NCBI GenBank assembly: GCA_964554185.1
Contig: CAZKNJ010000004.1
Location: 3,699 to 67,698, forward strand
Direction: 5' to 3'
From: an uncultured Planctomycetales bacterium
Lineage (GTDB): Bacteria; 4484-113
Length of the DNA stretch: 64,000 nt
The notes beneath the pieces were generated by a model, which ran no database searches, was not told the DNA's origin, and saw only the letters and a program-made list of their open reading frames with translations. How positions within the stretch are numbered: position 1 is the stretch's first letter; every line of letters begins with the position of its first letter. Positions 1-10,917 of the stretch are shown here, piece after piece. Both the position numbers and the translations under genes were made by a program.

Positions 1-873
1 GAGGAAGCCTACGCCAAGGGATACCTGGGCCAGAACATCCTGGGCAGCGGGTTCAGCACCGAGCTCACCGTGCATACCGGCGCGGGCTCGTACGAGTGCG
101 GCGAGGAGACGGCGCTGCTGACCTCGCTGGAGGGCGGGCGCGGTCATCCGAAGATGAAGCCGCCGTTCCCCGCGAGCGAGGGCGCCTGGCGCAAGCCGAC
201 GGTCATTAATAATGTGGAAACGCTGGCGACGGTGCCGGAGATTATCAACCGCGGCGCGGCCTGGCACGCCGGCCTCGGCACCGAAAAGAGCAAGGGCATC
301 AAGATGGTGTGCATCTCCGGCCACGTGGAGAAGCCCGGCAACTACGAAGTGGAGCTGGGCGTGCCCACGCTGGCGATAATCAACGACCTTGCCGGCGGAA
401 TGAAGGGCGGGCGCGCGCTGAAGGGGTTTTTCCCCGGAGGCAGCAGCACGCCAGTGCTGCCCGCAGCGAAAGCCGATGTGGGCTACGACTACGAGAGCGT
501 CGCGGCGGCGGGCTCCATGCTCGGCTCCGGCGCACTCATCGTGTTTGACGATAAGACCGACGTGGTGCGGATGGCCGAGGTTATCACGCGCTTCTACACG
601 TGGGAGTCCTGCGGGAAGTGCACACCTTGCCGCGAGGGGACGCGGTGGATGCTGCAAATCTATGAGCGCATTCTCAAAGGCGGAGGGCGGCTGGAGGACG
701 TGGACCTGCTGCTCTCCATCTGCGACCACCTGGAGTTCAAATCCTTCTGCCCGTTCGGGGACGCAGCGGTAGGCGTGGTGCGCTCGACCATCAACCTGTA
801 CCGGGATGAATACGAGGATTACATCCGCAACCACAAGGTTTACAAGCGGAAGTTCATGCCGGTGAAACACTGA
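1..873 (+). CDS. nuoF: NADH-quinone oxidoreductase subunit F (C-terminal part; 5' end lies upstream of window)
   Basis: Frame 1 is open from base 1; translation contains SYECGEETALL (FMN/NADH site region) and ESCGKCTPCREG (4Fe-4S motif) typical of the 51 kDa subunit; followed 4 nt later by nuoG. Confidence 0.9.
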   Translation, partial: EEAYAKGYLGQNILGSGFSTELTVHTGAGSYECGEETALLTSLEGGRGHPKMKPPFPASEGAWRKPTVINNVETLATVPEIINRGAAWHAGLGTEKSKGIKMVCISGHVEKPGNYEVELGVPTLAIINDLAGGMKGGRALKGFFPGGSSTPVLPAAKADVGYDYESVAAAGSMLGSGALIVFDDKTDVVRMAEVITRFYTWESCGKCTPCREGTRWMLQIYERILKGGGRLEDVDLLLSICDHLEFKSFCPFGDAAVGVVRSTINLYRDEYEDYIRNHKVYKRKFMPVKH

Positions 874-876
874 CGA

Positions 877-3363
877 ATGGACGGTAACGGCAACAACATG
901 GTGACGCTGACTATCAACGGGATGGAGGTCACTGTGCGCGCGGGCACGCTGCTGACGGACGCGGCGGAACAGGCGGGGTTCAAGATCCCGCAGTTCTGCG
1001 CGCACCGCTGGCTGGAGCCGCTGGGCGCCTGCCGCATGTGCCTGGTGCGCATTGAGAAGATGCCCAAGCTCCAGACCGCCTGCTCCACCGTGGCGCAAAA
1101 CGGTATGGTCGTCACCACCGAAAGCGACGAGATCAAGGCCGCGCGGGAGGCCATGCTGGAGTTCCACCTATTGAACCACCCGCTGGAATGTCCCGTGTGC
1201 GACCGCGGCGGCGAATGCGACTTGCAGGACCTCACGGAGCTGCACGGCTGCACCACCAGCCGGTACGTGGAAGACAAAATGGTGCGCCCGGACGCGATGC
1301 TGACGCCGTACCTGCACATGAACTATAAGCGCTGCATCCTGTGCAAGCGCTGCGTGCGCTACTGCGAGGAGATCACCGGCAGCAACCTGCTGAAAGTCAA
1401 CGAGCGCGGCGCGTGGTCGCACATCTCCAACTTTGGAGGCGGCGCAAAGGACTATTTCTCGGGCAACACGATTGAAATCTGCCCGGTAGGCGCGATTACC
1501 AGCGAGGTGTTCCGCTTCCGCGGGCGCGCGTGGGAACTTACGAAGACGCGCACGGTATGCAACCAGTGCTCGGTGGGCTGCGCGGTGGAGATGCACACGC
1601 GGCTGGGCGAACTGATGCGGGTGGTGCCGGCGCCTCATTCCGAGGTGAACGACGGGCACATCTGCGACCGGGGGAGATTTGCCTACGGGTACGCCAACAA
1701 TCTGCCCTTCAAGCAGCCGTTGAAGGGCAAAAGCGGCGAACGCCGCGAGGTCTCGTGGGAAGAAGCCGAGAGGACGGCGGCGGAGATGATTCACCAGGTC
1801 AGCGAGAAACACGGCGCGAACGCGCTCGGCCTCATCGCGGGAAGCGGTCTCACCAATGAGGACTACGTGGCGTTCCGTCTTATCGCGCATTCTCATCTGG
1901 GCACCGAGAACTTCTTCATCGGCGAAGGGCTGATCGACGTTAGCGCCAATCCGCTGGTGCTGCTCCATTCGCTGTTCTTCGACAGCGCCTCAATTAGCGA
2001 GATACTCCAGTCAGACCTCATCCTTGCAGTCGGCTGCGACCTGGTCGAAGAAGTGCCGGTCCTGGCTCTGCGCATCAAGCAGGCTCTCAAGAATACGAGC
2101 CAGAAGCTGATCGGGCTGTGCGCGCACGAGCCCCGCGGATACTGGGACCCCCAGGAACATTACTGCTACGAGGCTGGCAACTTCCTGGCCGCCGCGGACG
2201 AGATCATCCGGGCCATCGATTCCGGAGAGACCGGCGGGCAGTGGGGCGGACTGGTGGAGAGCTTGCAGAAAGCTCGCACGGTAGCGATCGTTTACGGGCA
2301 AGACCTGCTGCGGCACCGCTATGCTGACAGGTGTCTGCTGGCGCTGCTCAAGATCAAACAGGCAATGTACCGGTGGCGCGAGGCCGGCGGTATCGAGCGG
2401 GGGCACATCTCGCTCAATCCGTCACTTCGCAGCGCGAACGCCACGGGCGCGCTCGTCATGAATAATCTAGAATTCCTGGTGAACGATGAGGCGAAGCTCC
2501 CAGCCCGACCTCATGCCACGATGCGCGGGCTGCTTGAGAAGGCCGTCGCAGGTGAGATCAAGCTGCTCTACCTAAACGGCATCAATCCGCTGATGACGTT
2601 TGTGGATCGCTCGCTGGTGGAGCGGGCGCTGGAGGCGGTGGACTTTCTCATCGTGCAGGATGTGCTGCCGAACGAGACAACCGAACGCGCCGACCTTGTA
2701 CTTCCGGTATCGCCGTGGCCGTGCCGTGAGGGCACGTACATCAATTTCGGCTGGCGACTGCAGAAACTCCACGCATCCGACCTGGTGAGCAACCTGCCCA
2801 CCGACCTTGAGGTCTGGAACCGTCTGCTGATAAAGCTGGGCAAGGGATCGCATTCCATCAGTCCAGCGAGGATATTCGATGAGATTGCGCGGCTGGTACC
2901 GGCGATTTCGCACCTGACCTTTGACACCATCCCTGAAGCCGGCTCAGTTCTGGGTTTCCAGCTGGATGATGAAGGGGCGCGGAGAGTCGCCGAGGAGGTT
3001 GCGAAGGTACAGCTCGATTTAACGCGCTATAAGCGACCGGAAGACTATCCCCTGGTGCTGGTGCAGAAGCTCTACCTCTTCCGCAACTCGCCGCGCATGC
3101 GCTATTCGCCCAAGATGGACGCGGCAACACCCGAAGCGGTGGCGCTGATGAACCCCGAAGACCTTTCGGCCCTGGGGCTGGCGGACGGGGCGAAGGCCGT
3201 GATCGAATCGCGCCACGGCTCCATTGAGCTTGCGCTGGAGGGCGCGGCGTGGGTGCAGCGCGGCAGCGTGATAATCAACAACTACTTGCCGGAAGCGCCC
3301 ACCAACTGGCTGGTTTCGGTGGACGATGAGATAACCTTTGTGCGGGTGAGGGCGGCGCAATGA
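877..3363 (+). CDS. nuoG: NADH-quinone oxidoreductase subunit G (75 kDa, 2Fe-2S/4Fe-4S + molybdopterin-like domain)
   Basis: 828 aa; N-terminus LTINGMEVTV...CRMCLV (2Fe-2S ferredoxin fold), HPLECPVCDRGGEC (4Fe-4S), gene order F-G-H. Confidence 0.9.
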   Translation: MDGNGNNMVTLTINGMEVTVRAGTLLTDAAEQAGFKIPQFCAHRWLEPLGACRMCLVRIEKMPKLQTACSTVAQNGMVVTTESDEIKAAREAMLEFHLLNHPLECPVCDRGGECDLQDLTELHGCTTSRYVEDKMVRPDAMLTPYLHMNYKRCILCKRCVRYCEEITGSNLLKVNERGAWSHISNFGGGAKDYFSGNTIEICPVGAITSEVFRFRGRAWELTKTRTVCNQCSVGCAVEMHTRLGELMRVVPAPHSEVNDGHICDRGRFAYGYANNLPFKQPLKGKSGERREVSWEEAERTAAEMIHQVSEKHGANALGLIAGSGLTNEDYVAFRLIAHSHLGTENFFIGEGLIDVSANPLVLLHSLFFDSASISEILQSDLILAVGCDLVEEVPVLALRIKQALKNTSQKLIGLCAHEPRGYWDPQEHYCYEAGNFLAAADEIIRAIDSGETGGQWGGLVESLQKARTVAIVYGQDLLRHRYADRCLLALLKIKQAMYRWREAGGIERGHISLNPSLRSANATGALVMNNLEFLVNDEAKLPARPHATMRGLLEKAVAGEIKLLYLNGINPLMTFVDRSLVERALEAVDFLIVQDVLPNETTERADLVLPVSPWPCREGTYINFGWRLQKLHASDLVSNLPTDLEVWNRLLIKLGKGSHSISPARIFDEIARLVPAISHLTFDTIPEAGSVLGFQLDDEGARRVAEEVAKVQLDLTRYKRPEDYPLVLVQKLYLFRNSPRMRYSPKMDAATPEAVALMNPEDLSALGLADGAKAVIESRHGSIELALEGAAWVQRGSVIINNYLPEAPTNWLVSVDDEITFVRVRAAQ

Positions 3364-4340
3364 CCCTGATGGAAATCATCTGGATGGTCGCGAAGATACT
3401 GATTGTCTTCGTCGTGCTGCTGCTCGCGATGGCGTACCTCACGCTGATTGAGCGCCGCTTCCTCGCATGGTTCCAGTGGCGGCTGGGGCCCAACCGTGCC
3501 GGCCCGCTGGGGCTGATTCAGCCCATCTGCGACGGCGTGAAGTTGCTCTTCAAGCAGGAGATTATCCCCGCGCGAGCCGACAAGATTGTGTACATGCTGG
3601 CGCCGGCCATCTCGCTAATCGCCGCCTTCGCCATCGTCTCGGTCGTGCCCTTCACCGAGCACTTCTTCATCTCCGACATCAACGTCGCCGTGCTGTTTGT
3701 GCTGGCCATTTCGTCGGTGGGCACTTTCGGCATCATCCTCGCCGGCTGGAGCAGCGGCAGCAAGTACCCCTTCCTCGGCGGGCTGCGCTCCTGCGCCCAG
3801 ATGATTAGCTACGAGCTGGCACTGGGCTTCGCCGTGGTGGGCGTAGTCCTGATGGCGGGGTCATTCTCGCTACGCGACATCGTAATGGGGCAGGCGGGCG
3901 TATGGTACATCCTCCCGCAGATAATCGGGTTCGCCGTGTTCCTGGTCGCGGGGCTGGCGGAGACCAACCGCTCGCCCTTTGACATGCCGGAGTGCGAAAG
4001 CGAACTGGTGGCGGGCTACCATACCGAGTACTCGTCAATGAAATTCGCGATGTTCTTCCTCGGCGAATACGTGGCGATAATCAACATCGGCTTGATGACC
4101 ACCGTGCTGTTCCTCGGCGGATGGCACGGGTATCCGATATTCGGGCCGCAGCTCATCGGGCTGTCCGGCCTGTTCTGGTTCATGCTGAAGACTTTTGTGG
4201 TGATATTCGTGTTCATCTGGGTGCGGGCGACGCTGCCGCGCTTCCGCTACGACCAGGTAATGCGGTTCGGGTGGACGGTGCTGCTGCCGCTGGCGCTGCT
4301 GAACATCATCGTCACCGCGGCGGTGAGGGCGTTCGTGTAA
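3360..4340 (+). CDS. nuoH: NADH-quinone oxidoreductase subunit H (membrane)
   Basis: 326 aa polytopic membrane protein, ATGA overlap with nuoG stop; conserved [21 protein letters not shown] motif region. Confidence 0.9.
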   Translation: MTLMEIIWMVAKILIVFVVLLLAMAYLTLIERRFLAWFQWRLGPNRAGPLGLIQPICDGVKLLFKQEIIPARADKIVYMLAPAISLIAAFAIVSVVPFTEHFFISDINVAVLFVLAISSVGTFGIILAGWSSGSKYPFLGGLRSCAQMISYELALGFAVVGVVLMAGSFSLRDIVMGQAGVWYILPQIIGFAVFLVAGLAETNRSPFDMPECESELVAGYHTEYSSMKFAMFFLGEYVAIINIGLMTTVLFLGGWHGYPIFGPQLIGLSGLFWFMLKTFVVIFVFIWVRATLPRFRYDQVMRFGWTVLLPLALLNIIVTAAVRAFV

Positions 4341-4342
4341 TC

Positions 4343-4846
4343 ATGAAACCGACACTGGGACAGAAGCTGAACCTGCTGGCGGTGATCCAGGGGATGTACA
4401 TCACCTCGGTGCAGTTCATCACGAACCGCCTGCTGGGGCGTGTGGCCACAATCAGCTACCCGGAGAAGAAGGTCAAGCTCAAGGAGCGTTTCCGCGGGCT
4501 GCACCGGCTGGAGCGCTACGAGTCCGGCCCCCACAAGGGGCTGGAGAAATGCATCGGCTGCGCGCTGTGCGCCGCGGCCTGCCCAGCGGACGTGATAACC
4601 GTGGTGGCGGGCGAAAACGACCCGGCCAATCCCCGCAGCCCCGGCGAGAGGCACGCGGTGGTTTACGATATGGACATCCTGCGGTGCATCTTCTGCGGAA
4701 TGTGTGTGGAGGCGTGCCCCACGGGCGCCATTGTAATGAAACACGACTACGAGCTGGTGGAGGACGAGCGCGGCGGGCCGCAGGGCGGCCGCAACAAATT
4801 CCTCTACCGGCAGGAAGACCTGCTGGATCGGGAGTTTTACTGGTGA
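4343..4846 (+). CDS. nuoI: NADH-quinone oxidoreductase subunit I (2x 4Fe-4S ferredoxin)
   Basis: ATG at 4343 (MKPTLGQ..); two CxxCxxCxxxCP motifs ([24 protein letters not shown]); the 3992 upstream extension in the ORF track is rejected. Confidence 0.88.
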   Translation: MKPTLGQKLNLLAVIQGMYITSVQFITNRLLGRVATISYPEKKVKLKERFRGLHRLERYESGPHKGLEKCIGCALCAAACPADVITVVAGENDPANPRSPGERHAVVYDMDILRCIFCGMCVEACPTGAIVMKHDYELVEDERGGPQGGRNKFLYRQEDLLDREFYW

Positions 4847-5397
4847 GCGTGATCGAACTCATTGTGTTCTGGGCGGCGGTGGCTCTCGCGCTGATCGGCG
4901 CGGTGGGTATGGTCAGCGCGCGCAATCCCGTGCACTCCGCCTTGTTCCTGATACTCAACTTCTTCGCGCTCGCCGTCATCTACCTGCTGCTTTCGGCGCC
5001 GGTAATCGCCGCGCTGGAAATCCTGGTTTACGCTGGCGCCATAATGGTGCTGTTCGTATTCGTCATCTTCTTCTTCGTCAGCCCGGGGCAGCGCTTCACG
5101 CTTTCGTATTCGCTGCCGCTGCAAAACACGCTGGCGGGGCTTCTGGTGATGGTGCTCATCGCAATCATCCTCGCCGGGCTGTTCTTCGGCGGAGTGTTCT
5201 CGCCGGCGGAGCATCCGCAGTCCGCCGCCGTGATGGAAACCACGCTCACCAGCCCCCAGGAACTGGGGCGCGCGTTGTTCTCGCGCTATTTGCTACCCTT
5301 TGAGCTGACCTCGCTCTTGCTGCTCGCAGCGATGCTGGGCGCAGTGGTATTGGCGCGGCGCGGCGGCAACGGCAACGGGCCGGGAGGTGGCGAATAG
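4843..5397 (+). CDS. nuoJ: NADH-quinone oxidoreductase subunit J (membrane)
   Basis: GTG at 4843 overlapping nuoI stop (GTGA); hydrophobic ~185 aa protein in the J position; alternative GTG at 4849. Confidence 0.8.
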   Translation: MSVIELIVFWAAVALALIGAVGMVSARNPVHSALFLILNFFALAVIYLLLSAPVIAALEILVYAGAIMVLFVFVIFFFVSPGQRFTLSYSLPLQNTLAGLLVMVLIAIILAGLFFGGVFSPAEHPQSAAVMETTLTSPQELGRALFSRYLLPFELTSLLLLAAMLGAVVLARRGGNGNGPGGGE

Positions 5398-5702
5398 TGG
5401 AGCAGATCGTCGCCTACAGCCTGGTCTTATCCGGCATGCTGTTCACCTTCGGGGTGCTGGCGGTATTGGTGCGCCGCAACCCGCTGGTGATGTTCATGGG
5501 TATTGAGCTGATGCTCAACGCGGCGAACCTGGCGTTTGTCGCATTCTCGCGCCATCTCAACCAGCTTGACGGCCAAGTGGTGGCGTTGGTGGTAATGGCG
5601 GTGGCCGCGGCGGAAGTCGCGGTCGGGCTGGCGATAATCGTGGCGGTGTACCGCCGGCGGCGCGATGTTGACGTGGACGAGGTGAACCGACTCAGGGGTT
5701 AG
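5397..5702 (+). CDS. nuoK: NADH-quinone oxidoreductase subunit K
   Basis: 101 aa, three TM helices, [18 protein letters not shown] signature region of NuoK/ND4L; GTG start overlapping nuoJ stop. Confidence 0.88.
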   Translation: MEQIVAYSLVLSGMLFTFGVLAVLVRRNPLVMFMGIELMLNAANLAFVAFSRHLNQLDGQVVALVVMAVAAAEVAVGLAIIVAVYRRRRDVDVDEVNRLRG

Positions 5703-5708
5703 CGCAAC

Positions 5709-7658
5709 ATGAACCTGATCTACCTGGCAATTGTGTTCCCGCTGCTCGGAGTGCTGATTAACGGCTTCTTCGGGCGCAGGATGCCGCGCAAAGCCGTGGG
5801 CACGATTGCCAGCCTAGCCATCTTCGGCTCCTTCCTCGTCAGCCTGACGGCGTTCATTCAGTACATGGGAGCCTCCGCCGGCGCGTACGGCGCGGTGGAG
5901 GTCAAGGTCCTGCCCTGGCTCAAGCTGGGCGCGCTGGAGATTAACTACGGCTTCCTGGTCGACTCGGTATCGCTGGTTATGGCGCTGGCGGTCTCCCTTG
6001 TCTCGTTCCTAATTCACGTTTATTCCACCGGCTACATGGCCGAGGACGACGGCTACCCGCGCTACTTCACCTACCTGAACCTGTTCGTCGCGATGATGAT
6101 GACGCTGGTGTTGGCCGACAACCTGGTGCTGCTGTTCATCGGCTGGGAAGGCGTCGGCCTGTGCTCGTACCTGCTCATCGGTTTCTGGTACAAGAACCGT
6201 GCGCCCTACGAAGCGGGCTTCAAGGCCTTTGTGGTCAACCGCATCGGCGACTTCGGATTCCTCATTGCCACGTTCCTCACGTTCTGGGCGTTCCATTCGG
6301 TCAATTTCGTGCGGCTGCGCGATGAGATTCCCGGAACGCTGGCGGGCGGCGCAGTGCCACCAATGCTGGTGACCATCATCGCGCTGTTCTTCTTTATGGG
6401 AGCGGTGGGGAAGAGCGCGCAATTCCCGCTGTACGTGTGGCTGCCCGACGCGATGGAAGGCCCCACGCCGGTCAGCGCGTTGATTCACGCGGCGACGATG
6501 GTTACCGCCGGCGTGTATTTGGTCACACGGCTCAACTTCCTCTTCGTCAACACCGCGACCGCGATGCTGGTGGTGGCGTTCATCGGCGCGTTCACCGCGA
6601 TATTCGCCGCCAGCATCGGCCTGGTGCAAAACGACATCAAGCGCGTGCTGGCTTATTCCACGGTTTCGCAGCTGGGCTACATGTTCCTCGCAGCGGGGCT
6701 GGGCGCGTACTGGATTGCGATATTCCACCTGTTCACCCACGCGTTCTTCAAGGCGCTGCTGTTCCTCGCCAGCGGCTCGGTTATTCACGGGATGCACGGC
6801 GAGCAGGACATGCGCAAGATGGGCGGCCTGGCGAAATACCTGCCGCACACCTACTGGCACTTCCTCATCGGCGCGATGGCCATCTCCGGCATTCCGCTGC
6901 TGGCCGGATTCTTCAGCAAGGACCAGATTCTGTTCGCCGCTTTCACCGCGCGGCCGGAGCTAATGCCGCAGGCGGGGATGATTCTGTGGGTGGTGGGCGT
7001 CATCACCGCGCTGTTCACCTCCTTCTACATGTTCCGGCAGATCTACCTGGTGTTTCTCACGGCGCCGCGCTTTGATGAGCACAAGTTGCATCCGCACGAA
7101 GCCCCGCCTTCAATGCTCATCCCCAACTGGATACTGGCGGGCGGCGCTGTCCTCGCGGGGTATCTGGGGCTGCCGGCGCTCATGCGCCTGCCCAACCTGA
7201 TGCAGCCCTTCCTCAACCGCGCGATACTGGGGACGGAGCATCTGGCGCACGCGGCGGAGCACGCGCACGAGCTGGGGCTGGAGGCAATCGGCACCAGCGT
7301 TTCGGTAGTGGTGGCGTTCGCCGGGCTGGGATTGGCGTTCTACCTGTACCGCTCGCACTTCGGCCTTACCGAGCAGCTTAAGAAGACCTTCGCCGCGCCC
7401 TACCGGGTGCTGCTCAACAAATACTATGTGGACGAGTTATACGAGGCCGCCGTCATCGCGCCCGGTCGGGCGCTGAGCCGCCAGTTCTCCCAGGTGGTTG
7501 ACCTTGGGCTGATTGACGGGACGGTGAACCTCGTCGCGTTTGTCATCGGCGCGCTGGGGCAGCTCGCGCGGCCGATGCAGACGGGTTTCATCCGCAACTA
7601 CGCCTGGTACATGGGCGTGGGGGCGATTCTGGTGATCATTCTCTTGTGGCTGAAGTAA
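5709..7658 (+). CDS. nuoL: NADH-quinone oxidoreductase subunit L (antiporter-like)
   Basis: 649 aa polytopic membrane protein, Mrp-antiporter-like, in L position of operon. Confidence 0.9.
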   Translation: MNLIYLAIVFPLLGVLINGFFGRRMPRKAVGTIASLAIFGSFLVSLTAFIQYMGASAGAYGAVEVKVLPWLKLGALEINYGFLVDSVSLVMALAVSLVSFLIHVYSTGYMAEDDGYPRYFTYLNLFVAMMMTLVLADNLVLLFIGWEGVGLCSYLLIGFWYKNRAPYEAGFKAFVVNRIGDFGFLIATFLTFWAFHSVNFVRLRDEIPGTLAGGAVPPMLVTIIALFFFMGAVGKSAQFPLYVWLPDAMEGPTPVSALIHAATMVTAGVYLVTRLNFLFVNTATAMLVVAFIGAFTAIFAASIGLVQNDIKRVLAYSTVSQLGYMFLAAGLGAYWIAIFHLFTHAFFKALLFLASGSVIHGMHGEQDMRKMGGLAKYLPHTYWHFLIGAMAISGIPLLAGFFSKDQILFAAFTARPELMPQAGMILWVVGVITALFTSFYMFRQIYLVFLTAPRFDEHKLHPHEAPPSMLIPNWILAGGAVLAGYLGLPALMRLPNLMQPFLNRAILGTEHLAHAAEHAHELGLEAIGTSVSVVVAFAGLGLAFYLYRSHFGLTEQLKKTFAAPYRVLLNKYYVDELYEAAVIAPGRALSRQFSQVVDLGLIDGTVNLVAFVIGALGQLARPMQTGFIRNYAWYMGVGAILVIILLWLK

Positions 7659-7668
7659 CGGAGACATA

Positions 7669-9261
7669 ATGGAGGAACTCGCGAACGCGCCGCTTCTGAG
7701 CATCATCATCCTGCTGCCGCTCGCGGGCGCGCTGCTGCTGATGCTCGTGCCGCCGGACCGCACGCGGTACATCAAGTGGTTCGCGTTTTGGACCTCCATC
7801 GCGGCGTTCGCCATTTCGCTGCTGCTGCTGGTGGGCAACCGCGACTTCTCGGAGTTCTCGCACGAGGAGTTCTACGGCTGGCTGCCGCAGATCGGCGTCA
7901 ACTACCATCTCGGGGTTGACGGCCTGTCGATGTGGCTCATTCTGCTCACAGCCCTGCTGGTGCCCGTCTCCATCCTCTCGTCCTTTAGCGCCATCAAGAA
8001 CCGCGAGAAGGAATACTACATTCTCCTGCTGATAATGGGCACGGCGCTGACGGGCACCTTCGCCGCGCTGGATCTCATCCTGTTCTTCTTCTTCTGGGAA
8101 GGCGTGCTCATCCCGATGTACCTGCTCATCGGCATCTGGGGCAGCGGCCGGCGGGTTTACGCGGCGACCAAGTTCGTCCTGTATACCGTCGTCGGCAGCT
8201 TCTTCATGCTGCTGGCCATCATCGGGCTGTATGTGTACTCCGGCGAGGTGGGGCGGGCGAGCTTCGACTTCCTGCAACTGCGCAATGCCGTCCTGCCGCC
8301 GGAGATGCAAACCTGGCTGTTCCTGGCGTTTGCGCTGGCGTTCGCCATCAAGGTTCCGCTGTTCCCGTTCCACACCTGGCTGGCGGACGCTCACACGGAA
8401 GCTCCGACGGCGGGCTCCGTGCTGCTGGCCGGCGTGCTGCTGAAGATGGGGGGCTACGGCTTCATCCGCTTCTGCCTGACGCTGTTCCCGGACGCGGCGG
8501 TGAACTTCGCACCACTCATGATGGGGCTGGCGGTGGTCAGCATCATCTACGGCGCGATCGTCTGCGCCGCCCAGACCGACCTGAAACGTCTAATCGCCAT
8601 CTCTTCAGTGGCGCATATGGGCTTTGTGGTGCTGGGCATCTTTGCTCTGTCAGGCAATCCCATCGGCCAGGTGGGCGCGACCATCCAGATGATCAGCCAC
8701 GGCTTGTCCACCGGCGCGCTGTTCCTCCTGGTCGGCGTCATCTACGAGCGGCGGCACACCCGCGAGCTGGCCGAATACGGCGGGCTGGCGGCGGTGATGC
8801 CGCGGTACTACAACGTATTCATGATAGTGATGCTCGCGAGCGTCGGCCTGCCGGCGCTGAACGGCTTCGTGGGCGAGTTCCTCATATTGATGGGCGCGAT
8901 GGCGGTGGACTGGCTCTTCGCTGGGCTCGGCACCTTCGGCGTCGTTTTGGCGGCAATCTACTTGCTGCTGATGATGAAGAAGATGTTCCACGGCGAGTGC
9001 ACCAACCCCAAGAACCTGGGGCTGCCGGACTTGAACCTGCGGGAGTATGTGTATCTCATCCCGCTGGTAGTGCTGATGTTCGCCATCGGGCTGTATCCGA
9101 AGCCGTACCTTGACGTCATCACGCCGGCAGCCGACCGCGTGGTGCGCGGCATCCGGGAGTTTCTGCCGGAGCAACTGCGGGCCGACCGCTCGGGCGAGAA
9201 GGCCGCAGCCATTCTGGCTGAACTGGGCGTGGCGGCGAAGCCGGAGGGAGGTGAGCGCTGA
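7669..9261 (+). CDS. nuoM: NADH-quinone oxidoreductase subunit M (antiporter-like)
   Basis: 530 aa membrane protein; RBS GGAGGAA 6 nt upstream; M position of operon. Confidence 0.9.
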   Translation: MEELANAPLLSIIILLPLAGALLLMLVPPDRTRYIKWFAFWTSIAAFAISLLLLVGNRDFSEFSHEEFYGWLPQIGVNYHLGVDGLSMWLILLTALLVPVSILSSFSAIKNREKEYYILLLIMGTALTGTFAALDLILFFFFWEGVLIPMYLLIGIWGSGRRVYAATKFVLYTVVGSFFMLLAIIGLYVYSGEVGRASFDFLQLRNAVLPPEMQTWLFLAFALAFAIKVPLFPFHTWLADAHTEAPTAGSVLLAGVLLKMGGYGFIRFCLTLFPDAAVNFAPLMMGLAVVSIIYGAIVCAAQTDLKRLIAISSVAHMGFVVLGIFALSGNPIGQVGATIQMISHGLSTGALFLLVGVIYERRHTRELAEYGGLAAVMPRYYNVFMIVMLASVGLPALNGFVGEFLILMGAMAVDWLFAGLGTFGVVLAAIYLLLMMKKMFHGECTNPKNLGLPDLNLREYVYLIPLVVLMFAIGLYPKPYLDVITPAADRVVRGIREFLPEQLRADRSGEKAAAILAELGVAAKPEGGER

Positions 9262-10724
9262 TGCAGCCCTTTACGGTGAATCTGGGCAACCTGCTGGCGC
9301 TGCTTCCCATCTGGATTCTCATCATCGCCGCCCTGCTGCTCATACTGCTGGACGTAGTCGCGCCGCGGGCGAACCGGCTGCAGGCCGGTTTCGGGCTGGC
9401 ATCGGTGGCCGCAGCCGCGCTCGCACTCATCCTGCTCTTCCCGTTCAAGCCGGTGCGGCTGGTCAGCGGCGCGCTGCTCTATGACGGCTTCGGGGCCACG
9501 GTGGGCGTGGCTGTGCTGCTAGTGCTCGCACTCACGCTGGTGTTCTCACCCCATTACATGCAGAAGATGGGGCTACGCGGCCTGGAATACTACCCGCTGC
9601 TGTTCATCTCATCCGTGGGGATGATGCTGCTGCCGCTCTGCCGGGACCTGCTGAGCATCATCGTCAGCATTGAGCTTCTCTCTATCCCGCTGTATGTGCT
9701 GGCGGGCTACAACCGGCGGCTGGAAACCAGCAAGGAAGCCGGGTTCAAGTACTTCATTCTCGGCGCCTTCGCCAGCGCGTTCATGATCTACGGCGCGGCG
9801 TTCATCTACGGGACCACGGGTACGCTCTGGCTGAGCTCCATCTCCGAAGCCCTGCCGTTCCCCGAGAATAGGCTGCTGCTGCTGCTGGGCCTGGGCCTGC
9901 TGCTGGTGGGCTTTGCCTTCAAGGCGGCTATCGCGCCCTTCCAATGGTGGGTGCCCGATGTGTATGAGGGCAGCCCCAGCCCGGTGACCGGCTTTATGGC
10001 GGCCGGAGTAAAGCTGGCCATCTTCGCGGTTTTCCTGCGGCTGCTGATTGACGGGTTCATGCCGCTAGCCAACGACTGGCGGATTGCGCTTTCAGTGCTG
10101 GCGGTCACCGGGATGATTCTGGGCAACTTGCTGGCGTTGCACCAGATGAGCCTTAAGCGCCTGCTGGCGTACTCGTCCATCACCCACGCGGGCTACCTGG
10201 TGCTTGGCCTGGTTGCGGCCAACCGCGAGGCAGTCTCGGCGACGCTTTTCTACCTCATTGCTTATGCCGCGACCATCGTGGGCGTGATGGCGCTCATCTC
10301 CGGTTGGGCGCGGGAGGACCAGGACGACGTTTACATGTCCGACCTGCGGGGGATGGCTGCCAGCCAGCCGCTGGCGGCGCTGCTGGTGACCATCTTCATG
10401 CTCTCGCTCATCGGCTTCCCGCTGACCGCCGGCTTCATCGGCAAGCTGATGCTCTTCTACGCGGTGTACAAGGCGGGCTTCATCGCGCTGCTGGTAATCG
10501 CGGTGATCAACACGATGGTCTCGGTGTACTACTACCTGCGCGTTATCCAGGCCATGTATTTGGTGGCAGACGAGGAAAGGGCGGCGGACGGCGCACGCCA
10601 GCCGGTGGCGCTCGCTCCGGTCTATGCTCTGGTAGGCGGAGTATCGGTTTTGATCGTCCTTTTCCTCGGTATTGTGCCCCGGTGGCTGCTGACCTTGTTG
10701 AACTTCTACCGTTTTGGCGGCTAG
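9261..10724 (+). CDS. nuoN: NADH-quinone oxidoreductase subunit N (antiporter-like)
   Basis: 487 aa membrane protein, ATGA overlap with nuoM stop; last gene of the operon. Confidence 0.88.
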   Translation: MQPFTVNLGNLLALLPIWILIIAALLLILLDVVAPRANRLQAGFGLASVAAAALALILLFPFKPVRLVSGALLYDGFGATVGVAVLLVLALTLVFSPHYMQKMGLRGLEYYPLLFISSVGMMLLPLCRDLLSIIVSIELLSIPLYVLAGYNRRLETSKEAGFKYFILGAFASAFMIYGAAFIYGTTGTLWLSSISEALPFPENRLLLLLGLGLLLVGFAFKAAIAPFQWWVPDVYEGSPSPVTGFMAAGVKLAIFAVFLRLLIDGFMPLANDWRIALSVLAVTGMILGNLLALHQMSLKRLLAYSSITHAGYLVLGLVAANREAVSATLFYLIAYAATIVGVMALISGWAREDQDDVYMSDLRGMAASQPLAALLVTIFMLSLIGFPLTAGFIGKLMLFYAVYKAGFIALLVIAVINTMVSVYYYLRVIQAMYLVADEERAADGARQPVALAPVYALVGGVSVLIVLFLGIVPRWLLTLLNFYRFGG

Positions 10725-10764
10725 GCGGGATTCGGGGCTGGGAAATATGACAGCCGCTTGATGC

Positions 10765-10793
10765 TTGACATGCGAATCCCTGTTTGCTAGACT
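10765..10793 (+). promoter_or_regulatory. sigma-70-like promoter (TTGACA-17-TAGACT) for the downstream lipoprotein gene
   Basis: cTTGACAtgcgaatccctgtttgcTAGACTc read directly; followed by RBS GAAGGAG and ATG at 10918. Confidence 0.5.
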
Positions 10794-10917
10794 CTTTACC
10801 TGAGTCCTGGCGTGGCGGGGGATAAACGATGGGCCGGGACGAAATCTGGTGTGGAAGAGGCAACGTCCTAATTCACGAAATCCTCACCATCTAATTCATT
10901 TAGAAGGAGTAGGTATT

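Noticed and set aside
1168-1968. Long antisense ORFs inside nuoG and other genes (e.g. 1168-1968-, 6009-6860-, 7636-8394-, 46761-48392-, 50396-51568+, 52268-52963-)
   Set aside because: Arg/Pro/Ala/Gly-rich low-complexity translations typical of off-frame ORFs in ~65% GC DNA; each lies opposite a gene with a clear family match
3992-4342. Upstream in-frame extension of nuoI, and similar extensions of nuoJ (4549), znuB (21732), nifU (15116-15283), lipoprotein (10849) and the Cys-rich ORF (41995)
   Set aside because: Extensions overlap the preceding gene out of frame, lack RBS, and family alignments start at the internal start codons chosen
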